In this document: piece after piece, positions 18,224 through 28,846 of the stretch | Numbering within the stretch: the stretch's first letter is position 1 | How the letters are laid out: each line of letters starts with the position of its first letter | Source of the DNA: Dehalococcoidia bacterium | Lineage (GTDB): Bacteria; Chloroflexota; Dehalococcoidia; Lucifugimonadales; JAGWBF01 | Length of the DNA: 64,000 nucleotides | Assembly: GCA_965261965.1 (NCBI GenBank) | Contig: OZ253489.1 | Coordinates: forward strand, 3,026,281-3,090,280 | Direction: 5' to 3' | Notes under the pieces: model-generated | Databases searched by the model: none | What the model saw: only the letters and a program-made list of their open reading frames with translations | Told to the model about the DNA's origin: nothing | Program-made: the position numbers and the translations under genes

Positions 18224-20845
18224 TCATCCGTTGGCTCCATGGCACCGCTTGAACTTTTTGTTGCTCCCGCAGGGACAAGGATCGTTGCGCCCCACCTTGC
18301 GCGCGCCGACAGCAGCAGTTTCTTTCTGACGATCTGATACAGCTTTCATAGGACTTGCTTTGATGGAACCATTGGTATGCTTCTGAGCTGGACCGGAGGA
18401 GATGGATGCGTAGTTGATGCTGTGCACCACATCGTGTTCAATCTTCTTGAGCAGTTCTTGAAACATCCTGCTGCCTTCTGTCTTGTACGCCACCAAGGGT
18501 TCTCTTTGTCCGAAAGCGTGGAGCCCGATCCCCTGCCGGAGGTTGTCCATAGCTGTCAGGTGGCCGACCCAGTGGGTATCTATGGAGCGAAGCATGAGCA
18601 GTCGCTCCATGGTCCGCATCGTATCGGGCCCCATGGCTTCTTTGCGATCTTCGTAGGTGCGCTGGGCATGGTCCAGAAGCTTTTCTTCAATTTCCGGTTG
18701 CCGGAATCGGGATATTTTCTCTTCGGTGTCCAAGTCGGCGGGCAGCGGGAATATCAACCGTAATTCTTCGAGTAAGACCGGAATGTCCCAATCATCCTGC
18801 TCTTTGCCAGGCAGATGGTAGCTTACTAAGTCTCGAATCTCCTGCCGTACCATGGATAAGATGGTCTGATCAAGGTCGTCGTTTGTGAGGGCATCACGAC
18901 GCTTGGCGTAGATGATCTGACGTTGGTTGTTCAAGACATCATCATAGTCCAGAAGGTGTTTCCGGGTTTCAAAGTGATGACCTTCGACCTTTACCTGCGC
19001 TCCTTCCAGAGATTTGGTAACCATGCGGTTTTCCAAGGGCGTGTCGTCTCCCAGCCCGACCAGACCCATCAGTCCTTTGATTCGCTCCCCGCCAAACCTG
19101 CGCATAAGATCATCTTCCAAGGAGCCGTAGAAGCGGGTGCTTCCCGGGTCTCCTTGGCGTCCCGAACGACCCCTAAGCTGGTTATCGATTCGCCGGGATT
19201 CATGGTGTTCGGTTCCGATAACCTGAAGCCCCCCCATCGCAACAACTTGATCGTGGTCATGCGGCCACTGTTCATCGCTTATATCCAAGCTGCCCGGGTT
19301 GCCGCCCAAAACGACATCGGTCCCCCGCCCTGCCATGTTGGTTGCGACGGTCACGGATCCGGGACGGCCGGCTTGAGCAATGATTTGGGCTTCCTGTTCA
19401 TGTTGTTTGGCGTTCAGCACGTTGTGGGGCACGCTTGAGCGTCGAAGCATGTCGCTGAGCTTCTCGGACTTTTCGATAGAGGTGGTGCCCACCAACACCG
19501 GCCGGCCCGTTTCATGGTGTTCTTTGATCTCTTGGGTTACCGCACTCCACTTGCCTTCTTCGGTTTTGAAGATTAGGTCGGGATGGTCGGCCCGTACCAT
19601 GGGACTGTTTGTTGGGATGATCACCACGTCGATGTGGTAAATCTTGTAGAACTCTTCACCTTCGGTCAGGGCGGTACCGGTCATCCCTGCCAGCTTTTCG
19701 TAGATTCGGAAGTAGTTCTGGAGGGTGATGGTCGCATAGGTGATGCTTTCCCGTTGAATCTTCACCCCTTCTTTAGCTTCCACAGCTTGGTGAAGGCCGT
19801 CGGACCAGCGGCGCCCGAACTGGAGCCTGCCGGTAAACTCATCGACTATCACCACCTCGCCATCCCTCACCACATAATCTTTGTCCTTCTTCCGCATGAT
19901 CTGGGCGGTGAGGGCATTTTCCACGTAGTGGACCAGGTGGTAATTCTGCGCATCGTAGAGGTTGCCCACGTTGGCCCAACGTTCCATGTTGGCAATGCCG
20001 GAAGTGGTCAGGGTGATGGACTGGGTCCTGTCGTCGATGGTGTAATCTTCTTCTGTGAGCCGGGGCGCCAGCTTGGCAAAGGTGTAATACAGCTGGACTG
20101 GTTCCTCTGCAGGTCCGCTGATTATCAGCGGAGTCCTAGCTTCGTCGATGAGGATGTTATCCACCTCGTCGACGATAGCATATTGATGGTTCCTCTGAAC
20201 GATCCGGCCCGGGTCTACAACCATGTTGTCACGAAGGTAGTCGAAGCCAAATTCGTTGTTGGTCCCGTATGTCACATCGGCTCGGTAGGCTTCTGGACGG
20301 GATGTGTGAGTCAGGTACTTCAGGGAAGGGTCCGACCCTTCATAGGTGGGATCAAACAGGTAGGCTGATTCATGTTGAAGGCAAGCTACTTTCAGACCCA
20401 TCAGATGATAGATCGGACCCATCCACGAACAATCTCTCTTGGCTAGGTAGTCGTTTACGGTCACCAAGTGGACGCCGAGACCCGTGAGAGCATTTAGATA
20501 TACGGGCAGTGTGGCAACCAAGGTTTTGCCTTCTCCCGTTTTTATCTCGGCGATCTTGCCTTGGTGTAGAACGATGCCCCCCATAAGCTGGACATCATAG
20601 TGCCTCTGGCCCAAGGTGCGCTTGGATGCTTCTCGCACCGCAGCAAAAGCTTCGGGGAGAAGGTCTTCCAGGTCTTCGCCGTCTTCGAGGCGCTTTCTGA
20701 ATTCTACGGTTTTCTGCCCAAGCTGCTCGTTGCTCAACCCCTCTAGCTCAGGTTCGTACCCGTTGATCTCTGCAACTATGGGGGTGAGCTTCTTGGTGGT
20801 GCGATCTGTAGAATCACCCAGTATCTTGGATATTAGACTAACCAT
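18224..20845 (-). CDS. secA: Preprotein translocase ATPase SecA
   Basis: 873 aa. RHYDVQLMGGIVLHQGKIAEIKTGEGKTL, DEAD-like DEVDNILIDEARTPLIISG, C-terminal zinc motif CPCGSNKKFKRCHG. Confidence 0.95.
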   Translation of the reverse strand: MVSLISKILGDSTDRTTKKLTPIVAEINGYEPELEGLSNEQLGQKTVEFRKRLEDGEDLEDLLPEAFAAVREASKRTLGQRHYDVQLMGGIVLHQGKIAEIKTGEGKTLVATLPVYLNALTGLGVHLVTVNDYLAKRDCSWMGPIYHLMGLKVACLQHESAYLFDPTYEGSDPSLKYLTHTSRPEAYRADVTYGTNNEFGFDYLRDNMVVDPGRIVQRNHQYAIVDEVDNILIDEARTPLIISGPAEEPVQLYYTFAKLAPRLTEEDYTIDDRTQSITLTTSGIANMERWANVGNLYDAQNYHLVHYVENALTAQIMRKKDKDYVVRDGEVVIVDEFTGRLQFGRRWSDGLHQAVEAKEGVKIQRESITYATITLQNYFRIYEKLAGMTGTALTEGEEFYKIYHIDVVIIPTNSPMVRADHPDLIFKTEEGKWSAVTQEIKEHHETGRPVLVGTTSIEKSEKLSDMLRRSSVPHNVLNAKQHEQEAQIIAQAGRPGSVTVATNMAGRGTDVVLGGNPGSLDISDEQWPHDHDQVVAMGGLQVIGTEHHESRRIDNQLRGRSGRQGDPGSTRFYGSLEDDLMRRFGGERIKGLMGLVGLGDDTPLENRMVTKSLEGAQVKVEGHHFETRKHLLDYDDVLNNQRQIIYAKRRDALTNDDLDQTILSMVRQEIRDLVSYHLPGKEQDDWDIPVLLEELRLIFPLPADLDTEEKISRFRQPEIEEKLLDHAQRTYEDRKEAMGPDTMRTMERLLMLRSIDTHWVGHLTAMDNLRQGIGLHAFGQREPLVAYKTEGSRMFQELLKKIEHDVVHSINYASISSGPAQKHTNGSIKASPMKAVSDRQKETAAVGARKVGRNDPCPCGSNKKFKRCHGANG

Positions 20846-20860
20846 ATTGGAGGTTTACCT

Positions 20861-21808
20861 TTACTCGAACATCTCACCGATGGAGAGTCCTTCATGAATT
20901 CGCCGGATAGCTTCGCCCAGCAAGGGCGCCACTGAAAGTACGGTTATCTTCCCCATCTCCATATCTTCGGATACAGGAATGGTGTCGGTGACGACCAGCT
21001 CTTCCATGGGGCTGGACAAGATGCGATTGCAAGCTTCACCAGACAAGACCGGGTGGGTTACGCATGAATAGACCTTGGTTACTCCGAGGTCTTTGAGGGC
21101 ATTCACCGCGGTGATCAAAGAACCCGCCGTATCGACCTCATCATCGAAGGTGAGGGCGATCTTACCTTTGACGTCGCCGATCACGTTCAGCATTTCGGCA
21201 TGATCATCGTTCCCGGTCCGGCGTTTTTCGATGATTGCCAAGGGTGCATGAAGCCGCTCAGCCATATCGCGGGCCCGTTTGCTGATTCCGATGTCAGTAG
21301 CTACGATCACTAGGTTTTCCAATGCCTTATCTTGGAAGTAACGCGCCAATATGGTTAAAGCTGTCAGCTCATCCACCGGGATGTTGAAGAATGCTTGAAT
21401 CTGCCCGGCATGAAGGTCGACTGTAAGCAGGCGGTCTGCACCAGCGGCAGTCAGCAGGTCGGCAACCAAGCGAGCGGTGATGGGCACCCTTGGCTGGTCC
21501 TTCTTGTCGGTGCGCCCGTATCCGTAATATGGAACAACGGCAGTGACCCGACCCGCCGACGCTCGTTTGGCAGCATCGATCATAATCAGGAGTTCCATCA
21601 GGTGATCATTCACCGGATAGCAGGTAGGTTGGACGATGAATACATCCCGCTGCCGAATGTTTTCCAAGATGCGAACGAAGGTATTGTCGTTGCTAAACTT
21701 AAAAACCTCGGCTTCCCCCAAGGGAATTTGAAGGTAGTCGCACACCGATTGTGCGAGGTGACGGTGAGCATTACCGCTAAAAACCTTCAACTCATCAAAG
21801 GGGCCCAT
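20861..21808 (-). CDS. prs: Ribose-phosphate pyrophosphokinase
   Basis: LKVFSGNAH...DLHAGQIQAFFNIPVDEL...DDEVDTAGSL. Start set at ATG 21808 (MGPFDE) after GGAGGGAG. Confidence 0.9.
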   Translation of the reverse strand: MGPFDELKVFSGNAHRHLAQSVCDYLQIPLGEAEVFKFSNDNTFVRILENIRQRDVFIVQPTCYPVNDHLMELLIMIDAAKRASAGRVTAVVPYYGYGRTDKKDQPRVPITARLVADLLTAAGADRLLTVDLHAGQIQAFFNIPVDELTALTILARYFQDKALENLVIVATDIGISKRARDMAERLHAPLAIIEKRRTGNDDHAEMLNVIGDVKGKIALTFDDEVDTAGSLITAVNALKDLGVTKVYSCVTHPVLSGEACNRILSSPMEELVVTDTIPVSEDMEMGKITVLSVAPLLGEAIRRIHEGLSIGEMFE

Positions 21809-22196
21809 TTTCTCCCTCCGCAGGTGCACTTCCTTGGTCAGACCTGCCGAACAAAGCAGTCATCAGACCGCCAACAAAACCGGGCGCTTGTCCATTCTAG
21901 GAGCTTTCGGATTATATCACAGCTACAATCTGCATCGAAAGCCCATGCTTTTCCGGTAACCGCCCAGACTTGGTGGGAAATGCAGGTAATCGCCCTCCCC
22001 TTGCCGTCATACTGCGGGGCGTACCTTCAGAACAGAGCGTTGATGTGTTGCCGTAGACACAGCACGATTCCTATCCATAATTACGTCAACAGTAGGCGCA
22101 CATTGCCGTTGTCCGCTGTCATGCACTAAAATCATGGTCGTTGGGCATAGCAGCGCTCCTGCAGGATGAAACCTGCTTGGGTCTCATCAATCAATG

Positions 22197-22233
22197 TGCC
22201 AACGTGGCAACGTGGCAATGTGCCAACGTGGCA
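22197..22233 (+). promoter_or_regulatory. Two copies of the 13-bp palindrome TGCCAACGTGGCA, 24 bp apart; candidate operator upstream of the Lon-like gene
   Basis: TGCCAACGTGGCA at 22197-22209 and 22221-22233. CGTGGCAA occurs three times (22203, 22211, 22227). The site lies 47-83 bp upstream of ATG 22280. Confidence 0.35.
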
Positions 22234-22279
22234 ATGCGGGCAATCAGCTGTGGGCGGGTGCTGGCAAAGGAGATTCATC

Positions 22280-24712
22280 ATGGGAACCGAGGAGCTTGAG
22301 CTTCCTGCCGGTCTGTTGAACAATAGGTGCGTCCCGGACAGTCTTGGCTTCGAGACCACCGATGAGGTGGCCCCATTGGAGGGGATGATCGGGCAAGAGC
22401 GGGCAGTAAGCGCACTTGAGCTTGCGCTGAATATACAAGATTCCGGCTTCAATCTTTTCATATCCGGGCTACCTGGGACCGGCAGAAACACGGCCCTGAA
22501 GTCGCATGTGGGAAAGGTGGCAGCCCAGAAACCATCGCCTCCTGACTGGGGCTATGTCCACAACTTCCAGGACCCTTCACAGCCTGTGGCGATCAGTTTG
22601 CCCTGCGGCTGGATGCATTTACTGGCTGCCGACATGGACGAGCTGGTCGATACTGTCCGTCGGGATGTTGCCCGAGCTTTCGAAAGCGATGAATACGCGC
22701 GACGTTTGGAAACGGCGGTCCAAGGCTTGGAGGCCAGACGCCAAGAACTGACATCCGCCATGGAGATGACAGCCGCCGAGGCCGGTTTTATTCTGAGGTC
22801 CACTCCCAGCGGCATCACGCCGGTTCCCGCGCAGGATGGGGAACCCCTATCCCAAGAAGAGTTCGACGCCCTGCCTGAGAGAGAACGCGAAGGGGTACGA
22901 CAAAGGGCCGACCAGCTACAACACTCCATCAACCGCACCATGACCGACATCAGGAGATTGGGCAAGTCAGCTGCAGAAGAAGGACAGGAAGTGGACAAAG
23001 AGATAGTTCGGTTCAACCTGACGCCTGTGATTGCCGAACTGCAAGAGAAGTACGGAGCATTCCCCGAGGTCATCGCTTACTTGGACCTAGTTGAAGCGGA
23101 TGTGGTGGAACACCACGACCACCTCAAGCCAAAGGCCCCCGATTCGACGCAATTGGCGCAGCAGACCGTGGGCGAAGATGCCTTCGTGCGCTACAGGGTC
23201 AACGACCTGGTGGATAACACAACCTGCGGATGTGCTCCCATAGTGGTCGAGCATAACCCCACCTACTACAACCTGTTTGGCCGGATAGACTACCGGGCGC
23301 GCATGGGGATGTTGAGCACAGACCACACGATGATCAAGTGTGGAGCGATTCATGAAGCCAATGGCGGCTACCTTATCTTGCAAGCCCGCGACCTGCTGGA
23401 GAATGCATTATCTTGGCAGACTCTCAAGAGGACGCTTCAGTGCAGGGAGATACGCATTGAGAACATAGGGGAGCAGCAGAACCCCCAGCCTTCATCGACC
23501 CTTCGTCCAAAACCGGTCCCCTTGGACGCAAAGATCATCCTCGTGGGGACTCCGGACATACTGCGGTTTCTGCAATCGGGCGACGAAGACTTTCGCCGAT
23601 ATTTTAGGGTGAACGCCGAATTCGACACTGTTATGGACCGCACATCCGACAACGTGGCCATGTACGCTGCTTTTGTGGCGGCCCGCCGCCGTGATGGAGA
23701 TATGAAGCAGTTCCACAAAACGGCAGTTGCCCGGATAATCGAACATTCCAGCCGATTGGCCGAACACCAAGAGAAACTCACCACACGGTTCATAGATGTG
23801 TCCGACATCATTACGGAGGCCAACTACTGGGCGAACTCTGAGGAAGCCAGCATCGTAAAAGCTGAACATGTCAAGAAGGCTGTCGACCAGCGCTGGTACC
23901 GTTCGAGCTTGAGGGAGAACCGGCTCCAACAGCTGATCAAGGACGACGCCATTCGTATCTCCACTGAAGGAGAAATGATAGGGCAGGTCAACGGTCTCGT
24001 AGTTTTGGGCCACGGAAACACCGCTTTCGGGAAGGCCAATCGCATCACCGCCAAGGTTTCCTTGGGCCGGGGCCATCTGCTGGATGTCGAACGTGAGACC
24101 AGGCTGGGCGGGAAAATCCACCACAAGGGTTTCATGATCCTCACAGGCTACCTGCGGGGCAAGTATGGATATGACAAACATCTGCCCCTGAATGCCAGTA
24201 TCAGCTTCGAGCAAAACTATAGCGAGATCGATGGCGACAGCGCATCATCCACGGAGCTGTACGCCCTGTTATCTGCCATCTCCGACCTACCCATTTCCCA
24301 AGGCATTGGCGTAACCGGGTCGGTGAACCAGAATGGAGATATCCAAGCCATTGGAGGAATAACCCAGAAGATCGAGGGGTTCTTTGACATCTGCAAAGCG
24401 AAGGGGTTGAGCGGTCGACAAGGTGTGCTCATGCCGCAAGACAACCTCAAGAATCTGGCGCTCAACGATGAGGTGATAGCGGCGGTTGAAGGTGGGCTTT
24501 TTCATATCTACGCAGTATCGACGGTCAATGAAGGAATTGGAATCCTCACCGGTGTTCGGGCGGGTGACCGACAGGAAAAGGGCGGCTACCCAGAAGGAAC
24601 GGTACATTACGAGGTGGAACGGCGACTAAAGGAAATGGCGCAGACGTCCAGAAAGTCTTCTGGGACCAACAGTGCGGAAGGAAACCAAGAGGACATCTCC
24701 GCCGCGCAATAG
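22280..24712 (+). CDS. Lon-like protease of the LonC/COG1067 type (AAA-like domain with helical insertion + Lon Ser-Lys protease domain)
   Basis: GQERAVSALELALNIQDSGFNLFISGLPGTGRNT (degenerate Walker A), a long helical insertion, and the C-terminal Lon protease domain DGDSASSTELYALLSA...GGITQKIEGF. ATG 22280 lies 7 nt after AAGGAG. Confidence 0.8.
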   Translation: MGTEELELPAGLLNNRCVPDSLGFETTDEVAPLEGMIGQERAVSALELALNIQDSGFNLFISGLPGTGRNTALKSHVGKVAAQKPSPPDWGYVHNFQDPSQPVAISLPCGWMHLLAADMDELVDTVRRDVARAFESDEYARRLETAVQGLEARRQELTSAMEMTAAEAGFILRSTPSGITPVPAQDGEPLSQEEFDALPEREREGVRQRADQLQHSINRTMTDIRRLGKSAAEEGQEVDKEIVRFNLTPVIAELQEKYGAFPEVIAYLDLVEADVVEHHDHLKPKAPDSTQLAQQTVGEDAFVRYRVNDLVDNTTCGCAPIVVEHNPTYYNLFGRIDYRARMGMLSTDHTMIKCGAIHEANGGYLILQARDLLENALSWQTLKRTLQCREIRIENIGEQQNPQPSSTLRPKPVPLDAKIILVGTPDILRFLQSGDEDFRRYFRVNAEFDTVMDRTSDNVAMYAAFVAARRRDGDMKQFHKTAVARIIEHSSRLAEHQEKLTTRFIDVSDIITEANYWANSEEASIVKAEHVKKAVDQRWYRSSLRENRLQQLIKDDAIRISTEGEMIGQVNGLVVLGHGNTAFGKANRITAKVSLGRGHLLDVERETRLGGKIHHKGFMILTGYLRGKYGYDKHLPLNASISFEQNYSEIDGDSASSTELYALLSAISDLPISQGIGVTGSVNQNGDIQAIGGITQKIEGFFDICKAKGLSGRQGVLMPQDNLKNLALNDEVIAAVEGGLFHIYAVSTVNEGIGILTGVRAGDRQEKGGYPEGTVHYEVERRLKEMAQTSRKSSGTNSAEGNQEDISAAQ

Positions 24713-24899
24713 CCCGCAATCTACGGACATAGCACGCCGGACTCGGTGCTCACCGGTAAGCTTGGGGGCAGGACTGGGCTGATGCGGCGCCAAGAATAGA
24801 CGCACCCTGATGCCTGATGTTTGGAGAAAGTTACGCAGCATCAGCTCATGAGTCTTTCTTGATTGTGAGCGGAGAGCGAAGGTCCTGGACCAAGATGAG

Positions 24900-27131
24900 C
24901 TACTCTGTGGAAAATACCGGAGCCGTACCTGTGTCGTCATAGTCCGGTTCGTCGTCGTCCAACTCTTCCAGAATCTCCGGGGACGGCTCAGTGGGCATCT
25001 CCAGTGGCAGTGCGATGATCATCTCCGTGAACTCGCCGGGCTCGGTTTCCACCCGGATGGCTCCGCCATGTTGACGCACAATGTCGCTGGACATGGCAAG
25101 GCCCAAGCCCGTGCCTTCGCCGGTGGGTTTTGTGGTGAAGAACGGGTTGAACATCTTCTCCACCACTTCCGGGGGCATCCCATTCCCGTTATCTCTGATG
25201 CGAATCTCCATCGCGTCCTCTGACCGCTTGGTAGCAAGCAACACCGTCGGGTAGTAGGGTTGTGCGCCTTTGCCTGCTTCGGCGATGCTGCGCCGCTTCT
25301 CGTCTGTTGCGTAGCAGGCGTTGCCCACCATGTTCAAGAATACCCGACCCATGTCTTGCGGAATGACGCTTAGTTCACCCATTTCAGGGTCGAAGTCATG
25401 ACTCAGATCGAGCTGGAAGTCCGGGTCGGTTGCCCGCGCACTGTGATAGGCGAGCCGGGCGTACTCGTCAACCAAGGAATTGATGTCGATGACCTGCCTT
25501 TCAGCAGATCCCCTGCCCATCATGAGCATGTCGTGGACGATGCGGTTGGCGCGTTCGGTGTGAGTTCCGATGCGTTCCAGATTGCCGGATATGTCAGCCG
25601 AGATCTCCTGGATGAGGTCTCGTTGGTCCTCGGGTACTTTGTCTCCGCTTTCGTTTATGACATCCTGTAGCTCGGAGAGCAGTTCATTTGAAACCTCGGA
25701 GAAGTTCTTCACGAAGTTCAGAGGGTTCCTGATCTCGTGGGCTACTCCGGCAGTAAGCTCACCCAGCGCTGCCAGCTTCTCGCGCATCACAATCTGGTCT
25801 TGGGCCCGTTCCAGGTCGCCCAAGGTGCTCTCCAGTTGTTCGTTCTTTCCTTGCAGCTGCTGTGCCAACTCCTCAACCAAGTTCAGCCGCTGCACCTCAA
25901 GGGCATGGCGACGGAACACTTCCAGAGCTGCGGCCATATCCGCCACCTCGTCTCGCCCGACGATCTGGACCTGGGCTTCCAGGTCGCCGCTGGCCATCCG
26001 GCGCATCCAATCCGACAGCATTTGCAGACGGCGCAGCAGAACACGCCCTACGAAGAGCCACGCGATCAGCAGGGCGCCGCCGATGGTCAGTGCGCTGATC
26101 GACAGCAGGAGAGTGCGACCGGTCAGGGTCGCCTGCGTCGCAGCTCGTGTTGCCTCTTGGGCATTGGCGTTGGCTGCACTCACCAAGCTGTCCACAGCTC
26201 CAACGAGCTGGACGGATATATCACGATTGTTGGTCAGCAGGTCGCGTTGGCTCGCAGCCAACCTGAGCTCTTTATTGAGTATATAAAATATGCCCTCTTC
26301 CCCGGTGCTCAATTGGATCAGCCTGAGCAAGAGGGGGGCGACTTGACGGCGCAGGGGTGATTCTTCCAAGGCAGCCAAGCTCCGCTCGATGCGGCCGGAC
26401 GAGGACTCGAAACGCTCCAGCAACGGTTCAAGCAGGGGAGCCTCCGAAACGCTGAAAGCACTTTCCACGAGGTGTCCGGCGATGCTGGCATCCGCCTGCA
26501 GGTCCGCCAAATGGCGGTATCGACTGAGTTCGTTCTCTGAGAAGTGCTCAGACCGACTGGCCGGGGGTTCGCCCGCTGAACTGTAGCCCGTCGTAATAAA
26601 AAAGAGCTGGTCGTCGACAGCTGGAACCAGGACGTCATCCAGGACAGCTCGCAACTGGCGAAGCTCCGTTCGCAGAGCCCCGGAACGCTCGGCCAGCGTG
26701 AATATCTCAGACCTTTCTTTTTCTATGGCGCGCACGTTCAGGATAAGGGTGTTGACATTGCCTTGAACGATGTCGAAGGTCCGGTCGTTTTCACCCTGTT
26801 GGCCCAAGACAGCCAATGCTTCTTCAATGGCCTCGTGAGCTTCGGTAATGCTGGAGGATACTTGGGCAAGCTCTTCGGGAGTTGCAGCAGTTGTAAGGCG
26901 GGGGGCCGCAACAACCAGTGAGCCGCCTTCTTGGGCAACTCCGAAAGCTGCCACCAACGCTGGGACGCTGTTCTCGTTGACCCGGGCCTGAGCTTCGCCC
27001 ACGCGGTTGAAAGAGAACCAGCCCACCAAGCTGGCGGCCACGGTCAGGGCAACAGCCCCTCCAATGGCCACATAGAGCTGGGTAGAGATGCGGTAGCGGC
27101 GTTCCAGCAGGGCCTTTAGGCGGGCTTTCAT
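24900..27131 (-). CDS. Membrane sensor histidine kinase (2 TM, ~300-aa extracytoplasmic domain, HAMP, HisKA, HATPase)
   Basis: TM segments near aa 20-42 and 345-370. H-box [13 protein letters not shown]-box [11 protein letters not shown]-boxes IRDNGNGM and GEGTGLGLA. The start overlaps the upstream gene's stop by 4 nt (ATGA). Confidence 0.85.
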   Translation of the reverse strand: MKARLKALLERRYRISTQLYVAIGGAVALTVAASLVGWFSFNRVGEAQARVNENSVPALVAAFGVAQEGGSLVVAAPRLTTAATPEELAQVSSSITEAHEAIEEALAVLGQQGENDRTFDIVQGNVNTLILNVRAIEKERSEIFTLAERSGALRTELRQLRAVLDDVLVPAVDDQLFFITTGYSSAGEPPASRSEHFSENELSRYRHLADLQADASIAGHLVESAFSVSEAPLLEPLLERFESSSGRIERSLAALEESPLRRQVAPLLLRLIQLSTGEEGIFYILNKELRLAASQRDLLTNNRDISVQLVGAVDSLVSAANANAQEATRAATQATLTGRTLLLSISALTIGGALLIAWLFVGRVLLRRLQMLSDWMRRMASGDLEAQVQIVGRDEVADMAAALEVFRRHALEVQRLNLVEELAQQLQGKNEQLESTLGDLERAQDQIVMREKLAALGELTAGVAHEIRNPLNFVKNFSEVSNELLSELQDVINESGDKVPEDQRDLIQEISADISGNLERIGTHTERANRIVHDMLMMGRGSAERQVIDINSLVDEYARLAYHSARATDPDFQLDLSHDFDPEMGELSVIPQDMGRVFLNMVGNACYATDEKRRSIAEAGKGAQPYYPTVLLATKRSEDAMEIRIRDNGNGMPPEVVEKMFNPFFTTKPTGEGTGLGLAMSSDIVRQHGGAIRVETEPGEFTEMIIALPLEMPTEPSPEILEELDDDEPDYDDTGTAPVFSTE

Positions 27132-28399
27132 GGCGTTTCATCTCGGAGGCTGTTAACCGGATGGTACTCGCCGTTGGAACCGATCATGGTCAGGAAGACC
27201 GCGTCCGAGCCTTGGTTGTCGTCGTCCCCGTATTGGAGCTCGAACCCATCTATATCGACGACTTCGGCGCTTCGAAGGCTGTTCAAGAAACATGTTCGGT
27301 CAACGTGTTGGCCGCAGCCTTGAAGCCCGGCAATAGCCAGGCGGCCTGCCAAATAGCCTTCAAAGGAGACGAAGCCGGGAACGGCATCGGGGGAGTATTC
27401 TGCAAGGGCCTCGAGGTAGGTGGCTGCGACTGGAAGCGAGTTGTCGGTCGGGAAGGGCACAACCTGGGTGACGTAGACGCCCGTACCGTTGGGGCCGAGC
27501 TCCTCTGCCAGGGCGTTGCTGCCTACGAAGGAAACCGTCATGAATACCGGGTCCAGCCCGGTGTGCCGTCCCCAAGCAATCAGTTCCGCGACCGGTTTGT
27601 AGGCCCCGATCATTATCACAGCCTCCGGCTCGCCCAGTTGTATGTCCAGCAGTGCGGTTTTCACAGCTGTTGTGTTGCGCGGGTACAACCCGATGGATAC
27701 CGGTTGCAAGCTTCGTCGATCAAGGGCGCGCCTGACCCCTTGGTAGCCGGCGCGCCCGAAAGAATCGTCCTGGTACATTACAGCTATGCGGTCTATGCCC
27801 AGATCTTGGGTGAGTCGGGCGACCATCTCCTCGGTCTCCTGATAGTAGGAGGACCGCAGGTTGAGTATATTGGCCCACTCTGGGTCGCGCAAGAATTCTG
27901 CCCCGGTGAAAGGGGCGATGTAGGGGACGGCAGCTTCGGCAGCCACAGGAGCGGCTGAACGCGATGTTGGTGTGCCCACAGCTCCGATCAACGCGAACAC
28001 TTCCTGTTCATTGATCAGGTACAAGGTGTTGGCTATGGCAGCTTCGGGTTCATAAGCGTCGTCGGTGGTATGGAGTTCCAGGGTCCGCCCGTAAACGCCT
28101 CCGCTCTGGTTGACCTGATGGAATGCTGCTTCGATACCCAGCTGCATGTTCCTGCCCAACTCGAAAGCGGGACCTGTCAAAGCGGCGGACTGACCAAACA
28201 GGATGCTCTGGTCTGTGACGCCGGGCACCGAGGCGGTAACGCCGTTTTGCGTACCGAGGGGATCGGTGGTGGCCTGAGCAGTGGGCTGCTGGGTGGTCTC
28301 CGGGTCATTGCAAGCGAGTCCAGCGGAAAGGCTGAGGACAGCCAAAAAAACCAGGGCTGTGATGAGCAGCAGGAACGAAGGCGCCGAGGTACGGATCAA
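27128..28399 (-). CDS. Periplasmic solute-binding protein, branched-chain amino-acid (LivK/Peripla_BP_6)-like, probable lipoprotein
   Basis: Signal peptide ending LSLSAGLAC. FGQSAALTGPAFELGRNMQLGIEAAF...GGVYGRTLEL... is typical of type I SBPs of the Liv family. Confidence 0.8.
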   Translation of the reverse strand: MIRTSAPSFLLLITALVFLAVLSLSAGLACNDPETTQQPTAQATTDPLGTQNGVTASVPGVTDQSILFGQSAALTGPAFELGRNMQLGIEAAFHQVNQSGGVYGRTLELHTTDDAYEPEAAIANTLYLINEQEVFALIGAVGTPTSRSAAPVAAEAAVPYIAPFTGAEFLRDPEWANILNLRSSYYQETEEMVARLTQDLGIDRIAVMYQDDSFGRAGYQGVRRALDRRSLQPVSIGLYPRNTTAVKTALLDIQLGEPEAVIMIGAYKPVAELIAWGRHTGLDPVFMTVSFVGSNALAEELGPNGTGVYVTQVVPFPTDNSLPVAATYLEALAEYSPDAVPGFVSFEGYLAGRLAIAGLQGCGQHVDRTCFLNSLRSAEVVDIDGFELQYGDDDNQGSDAVFLTMIGSNGEYHPVNSLRDETP

Positions 28400-28429
28400 G
28401 GAAAGAAAACCCCCTTTCGCAAAGGGTTT

Positions 28430-28846
28430 CTAATTTCTGAGGGCCACCAAAGTGAGGTGGTTCTTATCGTCTTCCCGCTGGTAATCGGTCTGGTCCATCA
28501 TTGTACGGGCAAGGTGGATGCCGAGGCCGCCGACGGGGCGGCTTTCGATGGGCGCAGACACATCGGGCTCAGGGGCATCGTTGAAGGGGTTGAAGGGTTT
28601 ACCGCCGTCAATGATCTCGATGGTCAGGGATGCGGACTCGGAGGTAAGGGTCACGTCAATTTGATGTGAGCCGCCATCGAAGCCGTAATCTATGATGTTG
28701 AGGACCAGTTCTTCGATGACCAGGTTTGCCCGGAAGGTGAGGTCGGCTGCCCAGCCCTCTTGTTCAGCCATATCCTCCACGGCGGCGGCAATGCGCTGCA
28801 GTTCACCGGGGTTGTTTTCCACTTTCAGAGATAGCTTGGCGCTCAA
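28430..28846 (-). CDS. Anti-sigma-factor-type serine kinase (RsbW/SpoIIAB-like HATPase)
   Basis: 138 aa. N-box-like EELVLNIIDYG and G-box IEIIDGGKPFNPF. Size and position after a PP2C phosphatase and a STAS protein fit a partner-switching kinase. Confidence 0.7.
   Translation of the reverse strand: MSAKLSLKVENNPGELQRIAAAVEDMAEQEGWAADLTFRANLVIEELVLNIIDYGFDGGSHQIDVTLTSESASLTIEIIDGGKPFNPFNDAPEPDVSAPIESRPVGGLGIHLARTMMDQTDYQREDDKNHLTLVALRN

Noticed and set aside
22203-22240. Sigma-54 promoter, because of repeated TGGCA elements upstream of the Lon-like gene.
   Set aside because: No TGGCAC-N5-TTGCW arrangement can be aligned. The TGGCA boxes are halves of a TGCCA-N3-TGGCA palindrome, which fits a dimeric regulator site better.
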